Shown in pieces: positions 43,164 through 54,035 of a stretch of 64,000 nucleotides of DNA. The stretch comes from an uncultured Candidatus Binatia bacterium (GTDB taxonomy: Bacteria; Desulfobacterota; Binatia; UBA9968; CAXXLF01). A model generated the notes under the pieces. It ran no database searches, was not told where the DNA came from, and saw nothing but the letters and a program-made list of their open reading frames with translations. The stretch covers positions 1,376,001-1,440,000 of the forward strand of contig OZ244621.1 in the NCBI GenBank assembly GCA_965218425.1. Direction: 5' to 3'. The position numbers and the translations under genes were made by a program. How positions within the stretch are numbered: position 1 is the stretch's first letter; each line of letters starts with the position of its first letter.

Positions 43164-44540
43164 CTAGAACTGCCACATCGTGGCCACGGTAAAGACCTGA
43201 TGGCGTCCCCCTTCTGCAGGGTCGTCTACGCCAAGGTTCGCGTTTGCGCGCTCCAACCTGTTAACGTGGTTATTCTGATACTCGAGGGAGTAGGTAAGGT
43301 TTCTCTGATGATACCACCGCAGCATGATGATGTTCTCCGAGTAGGTGTTCTCAAAACCCTCTTTCTCCGAGTCGGTCCGGCCGTGGCTGTAGGTGAGCCG
43401 CCAGCCGCGGTTCCTGCTGCCGCTCAGGAAACCCTTGGGCCCCCATACGTAGACCCCGACCTCGATGTTGTGGGTGTTGATGACCGTGTCGTCGCCGGCT
43501 GTGTTTTCGCCGGTGTGGAGGCCCCAGGTGTAACCGAGGTGCCATGGCCCGGCATTCCAATCTATCCAGGGCTCGACAAAGGTGAACTTACCAACACCCC
43601 TTTGGTCGAAGATCGTATCTCTGTTGAATCTGCTCCTGGATCTAACCCGCATCCTGGTTCCCGTGGGAAGCTCGTTGAGGAAAGTAAAGCCGACCCTTAT
43701 GCCCTTGGCGTACATGTCCTTGTGCTTGAAGAACGGATCGACGACAATGCCTCCGACAAAGCCCTTCTTTCTCCGGTTCCCATCTGAGAAGTCGCGGTAA
43801 TCATCGTCAGCCATGCTGCCGTTCGACAGATAGCTTAACGATAACGTCTGGATCCTCATGTTTCCAACAGGCACCCTTGACCACGTCAAGCCCACTCCCT
43901 TGCCGCCGAACGTCGAGAATCTGTTGTCGAAAGCCGGCGCCCTCTCCAAAGTGGCCCCGCCGGTGGAGCTCACCCGGGTATGCGGGCTTTGCGTGCCGTT
44001 GCATAGCACGAGGACGCAAACCGTCGGGTAGTGCGGACTCCATCTGCTCAAGTGGATTCTAAATCTTTCGCTTTTGACATTCGGGTTGTCCCGGGTGAAG
44101 GCAAAATCCCCGGTAAGCCCAAACTCGTAGAGGCCGTTGAGCAGCCGGAAATAAGTGTCGTGCTCCATGTGGCGCAGGCCCATTGTTCCTTGGGCCAGAT
44201 CACTATCGTCTGAGAGACCGGGATGGAACCCCATCTGGGCTTGGACCTGGGCTCCCATCGAGAATTGCCAACTCCGGTCCGCCGCACGAAACGTCAGCCC
44301 CCGTCCGTTCCTGTAACGGATGCTCGGCGCCTTCATCTTGGCCGCCAGGGCGTCGGCTTGCACCTGGGACTGCTCCTTCTCGACCCGCCGCTGGTCCGCC
44401 TTCAACTGCTGGAGCTCCGCCTCCAGAGCCTTGATCCGCTCATCGGTGCCGGCCGCCCCCGCCGGAGCCGCGACAACGAAGAGTCCTGCCATGGCGACGG
44501 CGCTGGCCGCACCAAATATTTTTCTTAAAGTCTCCTGCAT
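43164..44540 (-). CDS. Outer-membrane porin (OprO/OprP-like)
   Basis: GGAGGAG RBS, signal peptide, N-terminal coiled coil, alternating beta-strands, C-terminal WQF beta-signal. Confidence 0.7.
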   Translation of the reverse strand: MQETLRKIFGAASAVAMAGLFVVAAPAGAAGTDERIKALEAELQQLKADQRRVEKEQSQVQADALAAKMKAPSIRYRNGRGLTFRAADRSWQFSMGAQVQAQMGFHPGLSDDSDLAQGTMGLRHMEHDTYFRLLNGLYEFGLTGDFAFTRDNPNVKSERFRIHLSRWSPHYPTVCVLVLCNGTQSPHTRVSSTGGATLERAPAFDNRFSTFGGKGVGLTWSRVPVGNMRIQTLSLSYLSNGSMADDDYRDFSDGNRRKKGFVGGIVVDPFFKHKDMYAKGIRVGFTFLNELPTGTRMRVRSRSRFNRDTIFDQRGVGKFTFVEPWIDWNAGPWHLGYTWGLHTGENTAGDDTVINTHNIEVGVYVWGPKGFLSGSRNRGWRLTYSHGRTDSEKEGFENTYSENIIMLRWYHQRNLTYSLEYQNNHVNRLERANANLGVDDPAEGGRHQVFTVATMWQF

Positions 44541-44622
44541 CTTCTCCTCCTTTGGTAATTTCCGAATATTTTTTGACGATTTAATTGTGCCGTATTTGCG
44601 CTTGCAGCATTCGGTTTCTGTT

Positions 44623-44651
44623 TTTCTAGCCAATGGCGCTTGCCTTGTCAA
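44623..44651 (-). promoter_or_regulatory. Sigma70-type promoter for the porin gene
   Basis: TTGACA-17 nt-TAGAAA on the minus strand, 83 nt before the ATG. Confidence 0.5.
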
Positions 44652-44880
44652 GCAAAAAAAATATTTTTTTTCCAAGGCGGGCGAGGGGGCCGTCGGCAGG
44701 AACCCACGCCTCTTACTGAAGTGAGAACACGCGAGATCCCAAATCCCTGCAAGCGCTTCGTTCAATGAAGACTTCATTTATCACAAAGGGGGGCTTTGGG
44801 CAAGCCCCATTATCCCTATTGACTTGCTCTTGGAATCCTTGATATTTATTTTTGCGATAAGGACGTTAGTTTGAACGGAG

Positions 44881-46791
44881 GTGCCTGCCTTGGCGATCAA
44901 ATCAACCAATATGTTGTGGGGCGCGAAGATCCGTCCGAAGAGCTGCAAGGTGCTCGTCCTCTCTTCTATCCTCATAATAATAACGGCATCGGCCGGCTGC
45001 TCCGTGCCTTTTCTCTCTAAGTCGTCAAGGGCCACCGCCAAATCCGATGCCGGCGCGGCGGCCCTGTTCAGACAAGGCTCGGAGTATCTCGAAAAGAAGA
45101 AATATTCCAAGGCGATCCTCGAATTCGAGAAGATCAGGGAAGAGTATCCTTTCAGCGCCGAGGCGGCTGAGACGGAGCTCAGGATCGGCGAAGCCTACCA
45201 TCGCAGCAAGAAGTATTCCGAAGCCGAGTCCGCATACAAGGGTTTTCTGTCGTTGCGCCCCACCAATGAGAACGTGCCGATGGTCGTCTATCGGCTCGGT
45301 CTCCTCCACTTTGACCAGTTCACCACCATCGACCGCGACCAAAAGAATATTGAGGCGGCCAGGGGTTATTTCGAAACGGTTATAAAGGATCACCCCAAGT
45401 CTCCCTATGTGGCGGATGCGCGGAAAAAGCTGACCAAATGCCGCCGGTACCTTGCCGAACGGGAATACTACATCGGCTCCTTTTACCTCAAGGAAGAAAA
45501 ATACGCCGCTGCGAAGGAACGCTTCGAGAGAATTGTACGGCTCTACCTCGACACCCCGGTCGGGACCAAAGCTCTCTTTCAACTGGGCGATGCCTATCGG
45601 CTGCAAAACAACAGCGTCAAAGCGGCCCTGGCCTACGAGGCCCTGATCAAGCACTACCCAAAAAGCCTTCAGGCGAAACAGGCGCAGGTCCAGTTGTCGC
45701 GGTTGAGCAAGGTCCGGCACGACCCGTTGGCGCAGCTCCTGATGCGCGACGGCCGGCCCGTATTCGCCGCCGATCCGGGAGCCGACGGGCGGCAGGGGGT
45801 ATCCGATGATGGCGCCGGTGACGTCCAAAGGACGGCTATGAGATCGCCGGATCTGTCGGCGCTTAACCTGGCGACCAAGACAGAGACGGCCTTTGAAGAG
45901 AGCGGAGTCAACCGTAAGAAAAAAGGCTTTTTCAGCCGCATGGTCAGCGCCATCAATCCGTTCAGCTCCTCCGATGAAAAGAAAGAGGGGCACCAAACAT
46001 CGAGCAATGGCGCGGAGGTGGCCAAAGCGGATAGTAATAAAGGAGAGAAGCGCACCGAATCAAAGAATGGTCGGGGAGCGCCGACCAGTGAAATCGATGC
46101 CGCCTTGAAGGGAAAGGGGATTAACACTGAAAAATATGACGTGGCTTCTCAGCCGCCAACCTCAGAGCTCCCTGAGATCACTGAAGAGCCTGTGCCTCCA
46201 CCTAGCAACTCGAAGGAAGTACTGGGCAAAGTCGACGCAAGGCTCAAGGAGGAAGGAGTGAACGTTACCGCAACGCCCAATCCCCCGAAGCTGATCGTCA
46301 AGCGCCGCTCTGAGGCAAAGAAGAAACCCGCGCGGTCGAGAGTGGTCTCGTCGGGAGTGCTGGCGGACATCGACAGGAAACTGATGAAAAAAGGAATCGA
46401 CGTCCCCACTGAGAGTCAATCAAGCTCCAATGTGAACCTCCAGGCATCAAATCCCGTTGTTCAACCGGTCCCACAGCCTACCGTGGAACTCAGCCCCCGG
46501 CTCAGCAGAGAGACGACGCCGTTTCTTTTGGACCCGGGAGAGTTCCGGCTAGAGGAAAAACCCGAAACGACGGAGAAGGCTAAAGACCCGCAAGGCGCAG
46601 AAGCCCCCCAATCCGCAAGTACACAAGAGACCGCACCTGTCTTCCGGCTACCCGCATCGGTAACTGAGGTCCCGACAACCACATTGCCCGAGAAACGGGA
46701 CGAGGAAGCGGCATCGGAAGACGCCATGGAACAGATGAAAGAAGAGTTCGGCAGGTTCAAGTCGATCGTGGGACCCATGTTAGGACAGTGA
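44881..46791 (+). CDS. bamD: Outer-membrane assembly lipoprotein BamD with long C-terminal extension
   Basis: Lipobox SAGC, YPFS, IDRDQ, LAEREYYIGSFY; about 340 extra low-complexity residues. Confidence 0.88.
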   Translation: MPALAIKSTNMLWGAKIRPKSCKVLVLSSILIIITASAGCSVPFLSKSSRATAKSDAGAAALFRQGSEYLEKKKYSKAILEFEKIREEYPFSAEAAETELRIGEAYHRSKKYSEAESAYKGFLSLRPTNENVPMVVYRLGLLHFDQFTTIDRDQKNIEAARGYFETVIKDHPKSPYVADARKKLTKCRRYLAEREYYIGSFYLKEEKYAAAKERFERIVRLYLDTPVGTKALFQLGDAYRLQNNSVKAALAYEALIKHYPKSLQAKQAQVQLSRLSKVRHDPLAQLLMRDGRPVFAADPGADGRQGVSDDGAGDVQRTAMRSPDLSALNLATKTETAFEESGVNRKKKGFFSRMVSAINPFSSSDEKKEGHQTSSNGAEVAKADSNKGEKRTESKNGRGAPTSEIDAALKGKGINTEKYDVASQPPTSELPEITEEPVPPPSNSKEVLGKVDARLKEEGVNVTATPNPPKLIVKRRSEAKKKPARSRVVSSGVLADIDRKLMKKGIDVPTESQSSSNVNLQASNPVVQPVPQPTVELSPRLSRETTPFLLDPGEFRLEEKPETTEKAKDPQGAEAPQSASTQETAPVFRLPASVTEVPTTTLPEKRDEEAASEDAMEQMKEEFGRFKSIVGPMLGQ

Positions 46792-46862
46792 TCGGGACCT
46801 ACTTGTTTGGAACCCGAACTTCGAAACTCGAGATCCGTTTGCCGGTAGTGAGAAAAGAACTG

Positions 46863-46931
46863 CTCGCGCCAAGACGCCGAGAAATTTGTTTCTTTTCTCC
46901 GGGCTTACGGTGCCTTGTCTCTTTGCGGGAA
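46863..46931 (-). repeat. Arms-only (empty) copy of the intergenic element
   Basis: CTCGCGCCAAGACGCCGAG ... GCCTTGTCTCTTTGCGGGA with no heptamer core; a heptamer run AACCCGA ACTTCGA AACTCGA lies just upstream. Confidence 0.55.
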
Positions 46932-46960
46932 AAATTTCTTGCGGTGTTTCCGTAATCTCC

Positions 46961-49900
46961 TTACTTCCTCGCCATCCTTCCATTGGCCAAACGCAAACGG
47001 CTGAGCGCCCATTGACCGGACCATGCCGCCTGCTTTTCCTTGACGAGCGAGTAAAGGACCGGTATCAGGACCAGCGTGATCAGTGTTGACGTGGCCAGGC
47101 CGCCGATGACAACCCTGGCCAGTGGGGCCTGGACCTCACCCCCGTCGCCTATGCCCACCGCCAGAGGTATCATGGCGAGCATAGTGGTTAGGCTGGTCAT
47201 CAATATGGGACGCAACCGGGTTCTTCCGCCGAGGATCACCGCCTCGCGCACCGATAACCCATCTTCTTTGATCTTCAGATTGATATAGTCCACGAGGACG
47301 ATGGCATTATTGACCACGATCCCTGTCAGCATGATGATCCCGATAAAGGAGTTCACGTTCAAGGTAGTCCCGGTAAACAGCAATATCAGGAGAATCCCGA
47401 TGGCGGCAAAGGGGACCGAGAACATGATAACCAGCGGGTCCAGGAACTTCTCGAACAGAGCGGCCATGACGATGTAGACCAGCAGCAGAGCGAGGAGAAG
47501 CCCCCAGCGGAGCTCTTGAAAGGCCTCCCGCTGCTCCTCGTAGTCTCCCCCTATGTTCAGGGAGAAGCCCGGCGGGAGATCCAGTCTTCTCAGACTCGCC
47601 CTCAGCTCCTCCGCTACCTCTCCCATGTCACGACCCGTTACCTCCCCTGTGATGCTCACCACTCTTTCCTGGTTCAACCGATGGATCTCCATGGGTCCCC
47701 GCCGCTCTTCCAATCTTACGAGACTCCTCAGTGGCACTCCCTGCCCCGTTCTCGTGGGGATCACCAGATCCGGGAGTTCTTCGAGGGAGCTGCGGTGCTT
47801 CTCCGCCAGGCGAACCACCACATCGAATTCATCCCCCTGTTCGCGGTACAGGGTGGCCCGGGTGCCGCCGATGCTGGTCTTCACGGCCTGTGCAAGTGAG
47901 GCCACGGAAATCCCCAGGTTCGCCGCTCGCTCACGATCGATATGAAGGCCTATCTCAGGCTGTCCGCCCTGGCGGTTTATCCGTATTCCCGCGATACCGT
48001 CGATTCTCTCCATCTTGGCCTTGATCTCGCGGGCAAGGCGCTGGGCCGCCCCGAGGTCGTGCCCGCGGACATCGATCTCAAGATTGTCGTTGTCGGCCAG
48101 GCCGAGCCGGCGAAAGATATAAAGACCCGACCGCGTGCGTACTCGGGTAGACACCCCTGGGACAGACCTCGCCTCGCGCCGCAGGAGCCGGGCAATATCT
48201 TCGTCCGAACGCTCCCTGGTGCTCCTGGGTCCAAGCCAGATATGGACGTGACCCCGGTTTTTACCCCGCGCGCGAAAGCCGAACTGACCGAAATGGCTAA
48301 AAACGTTTTCCGTCTCCGGTACTTCCCTGCGCACCAGGGCCTCGAAGGCGATTGAAACCCCGTCCATCTCTTCGATCCTGGCTCCCTCCTCCATGTTCGC
48401 ATATATGGTGATGGACCCCTCATCGGCCTTTGGCATGAACTCCCTTCCAATCTTCGGCACCAGGGTCAGGCTGAGGCCTAGAAGGGCAAATATCGACGCC
48501 AGGACCACCGCCCGATGGCGCAGGGACCAGCTGAGCAATGACTGGTAGTGTTCGTCTAAAAAGATCAGGCACTTCTCTCCCACGTTGTAAAATTTTCCCA
48601 GGGCGCCCCCGCTGTTCGTCTTTTGCAATCGGCCCAGCAGTTGATGGGCCATGACTGGAACCAAGGTCAAGGCAACGACCAACGAAGTCGCCAGGGAGAA
48701 AAAAACCACCCAGGCAAGCTGCTTGAAGATGATCCCGGCGGACCCGGGAACGAATAACAAGGGGAGAAAAACCACTACTGTCGTAAGTGTAGACGCGGTA
48801 ATCGCCCCCGCAACTTCCCAGGTTCCTCTCAACACCGCCTCTTTCCTCTCCGCCCCCTGCTCTCGATGTCGGAAGATGTTTTCCAGGACCACGATGGAGT
48901 TGTCCACCAGAAGTCCCATCCCAAGGGCGAGACCTCCAAAGGACATGATGTTGACGGAAAAGCCCTGGAAATACATCAGGGAGAAGGTGGCAATGACGGA
49001 AACAGGCACGGCGGCGGCGATGATAAAGGTGCTGGGCATATTGCGGAGGAAAAAGAGAAGGATCACGATGGCCAATACGGCCCCCCACATGGCCGCCCTT
49101 CTGACGTTGTAAATGGAGTCCCTGATATAGCGGGCGTTATCCCTCAAGGCAGTGACGGTGACGTCGGGGAAATCCCGGTTGATGCTCAGAATCTCTTCCT
49201 TGACCCGCTCCACCACCTCCACCGTGTTGGCCAGGGGCTGCCTTATCAGCGAGATGATCACGGCGCTCCGGCCGTTGATCTTCACCACGTGGTCGATTTC
49301 CTTATAGGAGTCCTCGATGGCGGCCAACTCTTCCAAATGTATAGGGACGCCGCCCCGACGGGTAACGACGGTATTACGGATCTGATCGAGGCTGGTATAT
49401 TCCCCGAGGGTACGGACCATGACCTCCAGGTGCGCCCGATCCATGTTGCCGGCTGGAAGAGTAACGTTCTCCGCTCTCAAGGCGTTAATCACATCGGCAG
49501 GCGAAAGTTTGAGCGCCCTCATCTTGTCGGGGTTCAGATGAACGTGAATCTCCCGCTCCAAACCTCCGCGGATATCGGCAGAGGCCACTCCGCGCCGGCG
49601 TTCAAGGCGGTATTGGATCTGATTTTCCACGAACCTGCGTAGCGACACGGGATCCATGTTACCGTATATGCCGATGAACATGATTGGACTGGCGTTGGCG
49701 TCAAATTTCCGAATGACCGGGGCTTCCGCATCCTCCGGCAGGTCGTCGCGCAAGCGATCGAGTTTCTCACGCACATCGCTGACGGCTTCGTCCAGGTCCG
49801 TTCCCCAACTGAAGCCCACCCTCACCTGGCTTCGCCCTTCGACGGAAACGGAGGTAACGTCCTCAACGCCGGATACCGAACTCACGGCCTTTTCCACAGG

Positions 49901-50095
49901 TTCAGTGACGAGGGTCTCAATCTCCGAGGGGCCTACGTTTTCGTATCTCGTATTGATGGTCACACGGGGGAAAGTGACCTCGGGCATGAGGTCCACAGGT
50001 ATCCTCAGGAACGAGATAACGCCGAGGATCAAGACCACTAGAACCACCATATACGTGGTCACGGGTCTATTCACGGATGTTGACGTCAAACTCAT
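46961..50095 (-). CDS. RND efflux permease (AcrB/AcrD/AcrF family)
   Basis: GLLVDNSIVVLENI, GIVVNNAIVLVD, RLRPILMT; 1044 aa. Confidence 0.95.
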   Translation of the reverse strand: MSLTSTSVNRPVTTYMVVLVVLILGVISFLRIPVDLMPEVTFPRVTINTRYENVGPSEIETLVTEPVEKAVSSVSGVEDVTSVSVEGRSQVRVGFSWGTDLDEAVSDVREKLDRLRDDLPEDAEAPVIRKFDANASPIMFIGIYGNMDPVSLRRFVENQIQYRLERRRGVASADIRGGLEREIHVHLNPDKMRALKLSPADVINALRAENVTLPAGNMDRAHLEVMVRTLGEYTSLDQIRNTVVTRRGGVPIHLEELAAIEDSYKEIDHVVKINGRSAVIISLIRQPLANTVEVVERVKEEILSINRDFPDVTVTALRDNARYIRDSIYNVRRAAMWGAVLAIVILLFFLRNMPSTFIIAAAVPVSVIATFSLMYFQGFSVNIMSFGGLALGMGLLVDNSIVVLENIFRHREQGAERKEAVLRGTWEVAGAITASTLTTVVVFLPLLFVPGSAGIIFKQLAWVVFFSLATSLVVALTLVPVMAHQLLGRLQKTNSGGALGKFYNVGEKCLIFLDEHYQSLLSWSLRHRAVVLASIFALLGLSLTLVPKIGREFMPKADEGSITIYANMEEGARIEEMDGVSIAFEALVRREVPETENVFSHFGQFGFRARGKNRGHVHIWLGPRSTRERSDEDIARLLRREARSVPGVSTRVRTRSGLYIFRRLGLADNDNLEIDVRGHDLGAAQRLAREIKAKMERIDGIAGIRINRQGGQPEIGLHIDRERAANLGISVASLAQAVKTSIGGTRATLYREQGDEFDVVVRLAEKHRSSLEELPDLVIPTRTGQGVPLRSLVRLEERRGPMEIHRLNQERVVSITGEVTGRDMGEVAEELRASLRRLDLPPGFSLNIGGDYEEQREAFQELRWGLLLALLLVYIVMAALFEKFLDPLVIMFSVPFAAIGILLILLFTGTTLNVNSFIGIIMLTGIVVNNAIVLVDYINLKIKEDGLSVREAVILGGRTRLRPILMTSLTTMLAMIPLAVGIGDGGEVQAPLARVVIGGLATSTLITLVLIPVLYSLVKEKQAAWSGQWALSRLRLANGRMARK

Positions 50096-51342
50096 GATTG
50101 CCCTTCGTTACCCGGACTCCCCTTCCTCCCCTTGCCTTTCTTACCCCTTCTCCCTTTTTTCTCGCCGGCGACACTAGCCCCGCTGCTATCTATGATGTTC
50201 ACTCTCTGCCCGTCACGCAAGAGGTTGCTCCCCAGGATCACGATCCGGTCGCCCTCCTTGAGACCCCCCTGGACCTCAACCCAGCCGTTACGGCCCAAAC
50301 CGGGCTTGATGGGAACCAGCCCTACCCTGTCACCATCCTCCAGGATTCTAAAAACTCCGTAACCTTCTCGTGTTTTGACCTGGGCGCCCTTCGGCACCAG
50401 CAGCACGCCGGAGCGACGCTGGGCTACAATCTCCGCCCTGGCGAACATGCCCGGCTTTAAGTCGCCTCGCGGATTCGGTAGCTCTATCTCCACTTCTCCG
50501 GTGCGCGACTCCGCGTCCAGCACCGGCGCCATGCGAGCCACTTTTCCCTGGAAGCGCTTGCCCGGGTAGGCGTCCGCGGTGACGGCAGCCATCTGCCCCG
50601 GGGATATCTTCCGATAATCGCCTTCCACCACCGCAACGTTCACCTTCACCGAGCTGATATCGACTACGGTGACCAACGGCGTAGTGGAATTGACCAGGGC
50701 GCCCCGATCTACGAAGCGTTTGGCCACGTACCCAGCAAAGGGGGAGATGACGTCCGCCGACCTAAGACGGATGCGGGCATTGATCAGTCGAGACTTCATC
50801 TGAGTCATCTGCGCATTTGTGAGCTCAACCTGGGCTTGGGCGCTGAGGACCTGGGTCTCCAGGGTGTCCACCTCTTCACGAGCAATGAGGGTTCTTTCCA
50901 AGAGGATCTTGGCCCTGTCCAACTTCCTTTTCAGGTCTTTAAGTTCCGCTTCCTTCCCGATAAGAGTCGCCTCGTACACTTTTAAGGACGCCTTGGCTTC
51001 ATTGAATTCTTCAGTCAATTCGTCCTTTTCCAGTACAGCCAGAACCTGCCCCTCCTTGACCCGATCCCCCACTTCCACGAGGACCTTCTCCACCCGGCCG
51101 GAAATCTTCGGAGCCAACGTAACCGATGCATCCGGGAGGAGAGAGCCCACATAGCTGAGTTTTTCCTCCACGTCACCGACCTTTACCCTGGCCACTTCAA
51201 CGGCAACGCTCCTGTTTCTCCTGCCCCTTCTTTCTCCCTGTTTGCCCTTGGCGTCCCCCTCCTGGAAAGGACCGATACCCAATCCGTAGAGGAGCCCGCC
51301 AACTGCAAACAGGAAAATTACGGCCGCCAAAAATTTCTTCAA
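50092..51342 (-). CDS. RND periplasmic adaptor (MFP)
   Basis: PKISGRV..VGDRVKEGQ, SPFAGYV, LKPGMFA. Confidence 0.93.
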   Translation of the reverse strand: MKKFLAAVIFLFAVGGLLYGLGIGPFQEGDAKGKQGERRGRRNRSVAVEVARVKVGDVEEKLSYVGSLLPDASVTLAPKISGRVEKVLVEVGDRVKEGQVLAVLEKDELTEEFNEAKASLKVYEATLIGKEAELKDLKRKLDRAKILLERTLIAREEVDTLETQVLSAQAQVELTNAQMTQMKSRLINARIRLRSADVISPFAGYVAKRFVDRGALVNSTTPLVTVVDISSVKVNVAVVEGDYRKISPGQMAAVTADAYPGKRFQGKVARMAPVLDAESRTGEVEIELPNPRGDLKPGMFARAEIVAQRRSGVLLVPKGAQVKTREGYGVFRILEDGDRVGLVPIKPGLGRNGWVEVQGGLKEGDRIVILGSNLLRDGQRVNIIDSSGASVAGEKKGRRGKKGKGRKGSPGNEGQS

Positions 51343-52712
51343 CGAGGTATCCCTTGACCCATGGCCCTGGCCAGGTCGGCTTCGAATATCTTATAAGCGG
51401 CGATAGTCTGGATGTGGTCGGTTTGGGCCTGGGTGCTGATCACCTGGGCCTCGGTGATTTCTATAATGGAACCGACCCCCACACGGTAACGCCCGTTGGC
51501 CAGGGCCAGATTTTCCCGAGCCGCTCTGACGGCCGCATCCGTGGCCTTGAGCCGTCCCACCGCTCCAACCAGACTCAAATAGCTCTGCTCCACCTCCAAC
51601 GCAATCCGCTGCCGGACCTCCTCTTCCCGAGCCTTGATTTCATAGAAATTTCTCGATTCCTCCTGGACTTCATAGGTGGTCTGAAACCCGCTGAAAATGG
51701 GAACGTTGAACTGCAGCCCGATCTCCCAGTTCGGCTGCAGTGGAAATTCATCCGCACTTCTCCCATAGGAAGAGTTGAAATTAAAGTCGGGCAGATGCCC
51801 CCTGCGCGCGGTATCGATGGCCGCACCCTTCGCCCTTAACTGGGCCTCGAAATCCTTCAGCTCAGGCCGCAAACCGAAGGCCGTCTCGCGGGCAGACTCC
51901 AGGGACACCGGCGGCTCCCGTATGCCGAGCTCTTTGGCAAGGTCCTCTACCGGTCTTTCGAGCAGGGCTTCTTCGGCCAAAGGGCGTTGGGGAAATTTTC
52001 TCGCCCCGACGGCATTTTTGAGGCCCGCCCATGCGACTCTGACCGCGTTCTGGGCGGTAATGAGATCAGCATGGGCAAGGAACAGGTTGGATTCGGCGCG
52101 CACCACATCGATCTTCGGACGGGTCCCCACCTCAAAAAAACCCTTGGCCTGGCGCACCAGAAGCTGCCGGTCCTTGACCGTATCCTCCCTGACTCCCACC
52201 AGAACAATAGCTTGGAGGTAGCGGTAGTAGGCCTGCTTGACGCCGAGGACCACGTCTTCGGCGGAGGTGCGCTGGGCATACCGTGTAGAATCGAGGGTAT
52301 CTATCTCTTCTCGGACACTCCCTTTACGTTTGCCGAAGTCATAGATGGTCCATTTCATAGCGGTTGAAACAGTATAAGTGCGGCTATTTGTGGAATCGGA
52401 CCTCCTATAACCGGAGTTGAAGTCAATGGTCGGGTAGTAAGCGGACCTGGCCTGCCCCACCACCGCCCGCTGTGCTTTGACCCGTTCCAGGGCCGCTCTG
52501 AGCCTCGGTTGCCGGTCCAAGGCGAGCAATATGGCGTCTTCAAGGGTCAGAGGCTTTTCAGCCGCTCCCGGAGCGGACTTGCCAGCGGAAATCGCCGGCG
52601 GGGAAGGAGCTTGACTCTGGGGCCAGGCCGTCATCGGATGCATGAAAAGGCCAACTGCCAATAGTAAGGTGATCCTCGAAGTCCGATCCAGCCTTTGGAT
52701 GAAATGAGTCAT
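51339..52712 (-). CDS. TolC family outer-membrane efflux protein
   Basis: LTLEDAI, YDFGK, PIFSGF, RYRVGVG; first gene of the RND operon. Confidence 0.93.
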   Translation of the reverse strand: MTHFIQRLDRTSRITLLLAVGLFMHPMTAWPQSQAPSPPAISAGKSAPGAAEKPLTLEDAILLALDRQPRLRAALERVKAQRAVVGQARSAYYPTIDFNSGYRRSDSTNSRTYTVSTAMKWTIYDFGKRKGSVREEIDTLDSTRYAQRTSAEDVVLGVKQAYYRYLQAIVLVGVREDTVKDRQLLVRQAKGFFEVGTRPKIDVVRAESNLFLAHADLITAQNAVRVAWAGLKNAVGARKFPQRPLAEEALLERPVEDLAKELGIREPPVSLESARETAFGLRPELKDFEAQLRAKGAAIDTARRGHLPDFNFNSSYGRSADEFPLQPNWEIGLQFNVPIFSGFQTTYEVQEESRNFYEIKAREEEVRQRIALEVEQSYLSLVGAVGRLKATDAAVRAARENLALANGRYRVGVGSIIEITEAQVISTQAQTDHIQTIAAYKIFEADLARAMGQGIPR

Positions 52713-53047
52713 ATCGGTTGTGCCTCCCTTTCGATCAAAAAAACAGGAGGGGGAGTATATTGCTTTCGGCCGGGCAAAGCAAAAGCGGAATTTTCCTCCG
52801 GACTGGGAGTTGATGTTTCACGGAACAAATTGCATCGTTTAGGTACGGCCTGGTCTTTTGACTTCAGTTTTTTTGATTCCTTGGTATGCTTTAGGGAAGT
52901 GAATTCGTTATGGTTTGAACCGGCCTATTATTAAAGATAAGACGATGGAGGGTTCCATTTAAAGTTCGTTATTTGTGGATATCTCGCTATGGGGGCTCTC
53001 CCGATCAATGAATATACGAATCTCCGATAACGATTATAGGATTTTCC

Positions 53048-53851
53048 ATGGAGGATAGTGTGAGGCACTCAGATTTCATATTCGAGGTGGATGAAGGTGT
53101 TGCAACCGTTCGTTTGGATAATCCGGATAAGCTCAATGCCTTGTCATTTCAGACCTATGAAGGATTGGAACGGCTGACCAAGGATCTGGCCCATGACGAC
53201 ACGGTAAAGGTACTGGTGTTGACGGGAACAGGCAGGGGATTTTGCACCGGTGGAAGCGTGCAGGACATCATCGGCGCATTGGTGAATATGGACCCCGAGT
53301 CCCTCTATCGATTTACCCGCATGAGCTGCAACTTGATGCAAAACCTGCGTAATCTGAAAAAACCCATCATCGCCGCCGTCAATGGCATCGCCGCCGGCGG
53401 AGGGGCAATGCTGGCTCTGGGTTGCGATCTCCGCATCCTTTCGGACCGGGCCAAATTTTCCTTTCTCTTTACCAAGGTTGGCCTCGCCGGTTCGGATATG
53501 GGGGCCCTTTACCTCTTGCCTCGGATCATCGGCCAAGGGAGGGCCGCCGAGCTGTTGTTGTTGGGAGACACCATAGATGCGCAGGAGTCCTATCGCATCG
53601 GCCTCGCCAACCGTGTGGTTCCCCATGAGAGCCTCATGGAAGAGGTCTGTCAACTTGCCCATAGGCTAAAGGAAGGTCCTCTCTACGCCACTGGGGTAAC
53701 CAAGGAACTGCTCAACCTGGAAGCGGATCTGGACATGAATGCCGCATTTGAGATGGAGGCCAAGGCCCAGGCGAAGTGCATGCAGAAACCGGATTTCCGC
53801 GAGGCCTATCGGGCATTTCTGGAAAAACGTCCGCCGCGATTCAATCGTTAA
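53048..53851 (+). CDS. Enoyl-CoA hydratase/isomerase family protein
   Basis: FCTGG, AAVNGIAAGGG, FTKVGLAGSDMG, AFLEKRPPRF. Confidence 0.93.
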   Translation: MEDSVRHSDFIFEVDEGVATVRLDNPDKLNALSFQTYEGLERLTKDLAHDDTVKVLVLTGTGRGFCTGGSVQDIIGALVNMDPESLYRFTRMSCNLMQNLRNLKKPIIAAVNGIAAGGGAMLALGCDLRILSDRAKFSFLFTKVGLAGSDMGALYLLPRIIGQGRAAELLLLGDTIDAQESYRIGLANRVVPHESLMEEVCQLAHRLKEGPLYATGVTKELLNLEADLDMNAAFEMEAKAQAKCMQKPDFREAYRAFLEKRPPRFNR

Positions 53852-54035
53852 CACAGTGGTCCATCGGAGTATATTCGGCGGTTGATAGCGGTTGATATAG
53901 GTCATCTCAATCGGGTAGTCTCTCCACGGGTTGGCGCAGGATCGACCCTCTATTGAAGTCCAGAATGGGCGGTCAATTCACGGAGTCGAGAATTATCCAC
54001 CGGTGAGATTTGACTTCACGGGTGGGAGCACGGAC

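Noticed and set aside
45025..45996. 323-aa antisense ORF and similar long shadow ORFs (12385-13092, 48866-49642, 41212-41883)
   Set aside because: They lie antisense to well-supported genes and are expected from codon bias in GC-rich DNA.
46961..50095. RND proton-relay variants (DN for DD, N for K)
   Set aside because: The VDNSIVV / VVNNAIV pattern is common in this RND subfamily and is not a sign of novelty.
53010..53876. Gapped inverted match GAATATAC..TCCGAT / ATCGGAGTATATTC around the enoyl-CoA hydratase gene
   Set aside because: Only 8+6 nt with a 5-nt gap; could be chance.
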